From Candidatus Latescibacterota bacterium (GTDB lineage: Bacteria > Latescibacterota > UBA2968 > UBA8231), in contig OZ241867.1 of assembly GCA_965203175.1 (NCBI GenBank), positions 224,001 to 288,000 of the forward strand: a stretch of DNA of 64,000 bases, given 5' to 3'. This document shows positions 63,502-64,000 of the stretch, one piece after another. The notes under the pieces were generated by a model that was not told the origin of the DNA, did not search any database, and worked only from the letters and a program-made list of their open reading frames with translations. The position numbers and the translations under genes are program-made. Positions within the stretch are counted from its first letter, which is position 1. Every line of letters starts with the position of its first letter.

Positions 63502-64000
63502 TCACACGAAGGTCAACCATCCGTGCCGATCCTCGACTTCGACGCGAACCACAGAGAAAAAGGCGTCTTGTATCTGCGCCGTGATCGGCCCGCATTTCCC
63601 ACAGCCGATCTGCACTTGGTCTATGGCGCGGATCGGCGTGATTTCGGCGGCCGTGCCCGTGAAGAACACCTCATCGGCGATGTAGAGGAACTCGCGCGGA
63701 ATCCCGCGCTGCTCGACTCGCATCCCCAGATCGCGTATCAGGGTAATGGAGGTGTGGCGGGTAATGCCCGGCAGGATGGCAAAACACGACTCGGGCGTGT
63801 AGATCGAGCCGTTCTTGATGACAAAGATATTCTCGCCGCTGCCCTCGCTCACCAACCCATCCGTGCCCAAGACAATTCCCTCGTCATAGCCGTTCGCATT
63901 GGCTTCGATCCGCACGAGTTGCGAATTGAGGTAGTTGCCGCCGGCCTTGGCCAAAGCGGGAAACGTATTCGGGGCCATGCGATTCCACGACGAGGTGCAG
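63502..64000 (-). CDS. ilvE: Branched-chain amino acid aminotransferase (5' end outside the window)
   Basis: AKAGGNYLNS, EGSGENIF, ILPGITR, ADEVFFTGTAAEITP. Confidence 0.93.
   Translation of the reverse strand, partial: CTSSWNRMAPNTFPALAKAGGNYLNSQLVRIEANANGYDEGIVLGTDGLVSEGSGENIFVIKNGSIYTPESCFAILPGITRHTSITLIRDLGMRVEQRGIPREFLYIADEVFFTGTAAEITPIRAIDQVQIGCGKCGPITAQIQDAFFSVVRVEVEDRHGWLTFV

Overview
GC-rich bacterial chromosome segment, densely coding and mostly on the minus strand. It is probably from a non-Bacteroidota FCB-group diderm such as Latescibacterota. That is an inference from a T9SS-like C-terminal-domain protein with a PorV-like barrel, a TWGxIK-tailed protein and a group II GGGP synthase. 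Left to right: (1) a Tm-1-like/cupin/PEP-hydrolase TIM-barrel operon; (2) a copper island with copA, a temptin-like CxxCH protein, a Rieske protein and CusCBA-like efflux genes, the latter preceded by a Cys/Pro-rich leader ORF and a structured RNA that hides the RBS; (3) hemH, hydrolase-like genes, degP and an N-domain-less clpB with a sigma54 promoter; (4) a core run recR-pgsA-pgpA-recA-recX-alaS-GGGPS-ptsH-ptsI-metK; (5) tadA, three tRNAs, a large Alu-type SRP RNA and dnaX; (6) a carbamoyltransferase/SxtJ pair and lysA; (7) an approximately 20 kb operon. The operon is the best candidate for an undescribed system. In it OppA and OppBC (no OppD/F) bracket an orphan GlmL/MutL-like ASKHA ATPase, a barrel-sandwich/KOW protein, a DUF6754 protein, three membrane proteins, and a TonB receptor/CTD protein/PorV-like/TPR module. 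All calls come from reading motifs by eye; no searches were run.
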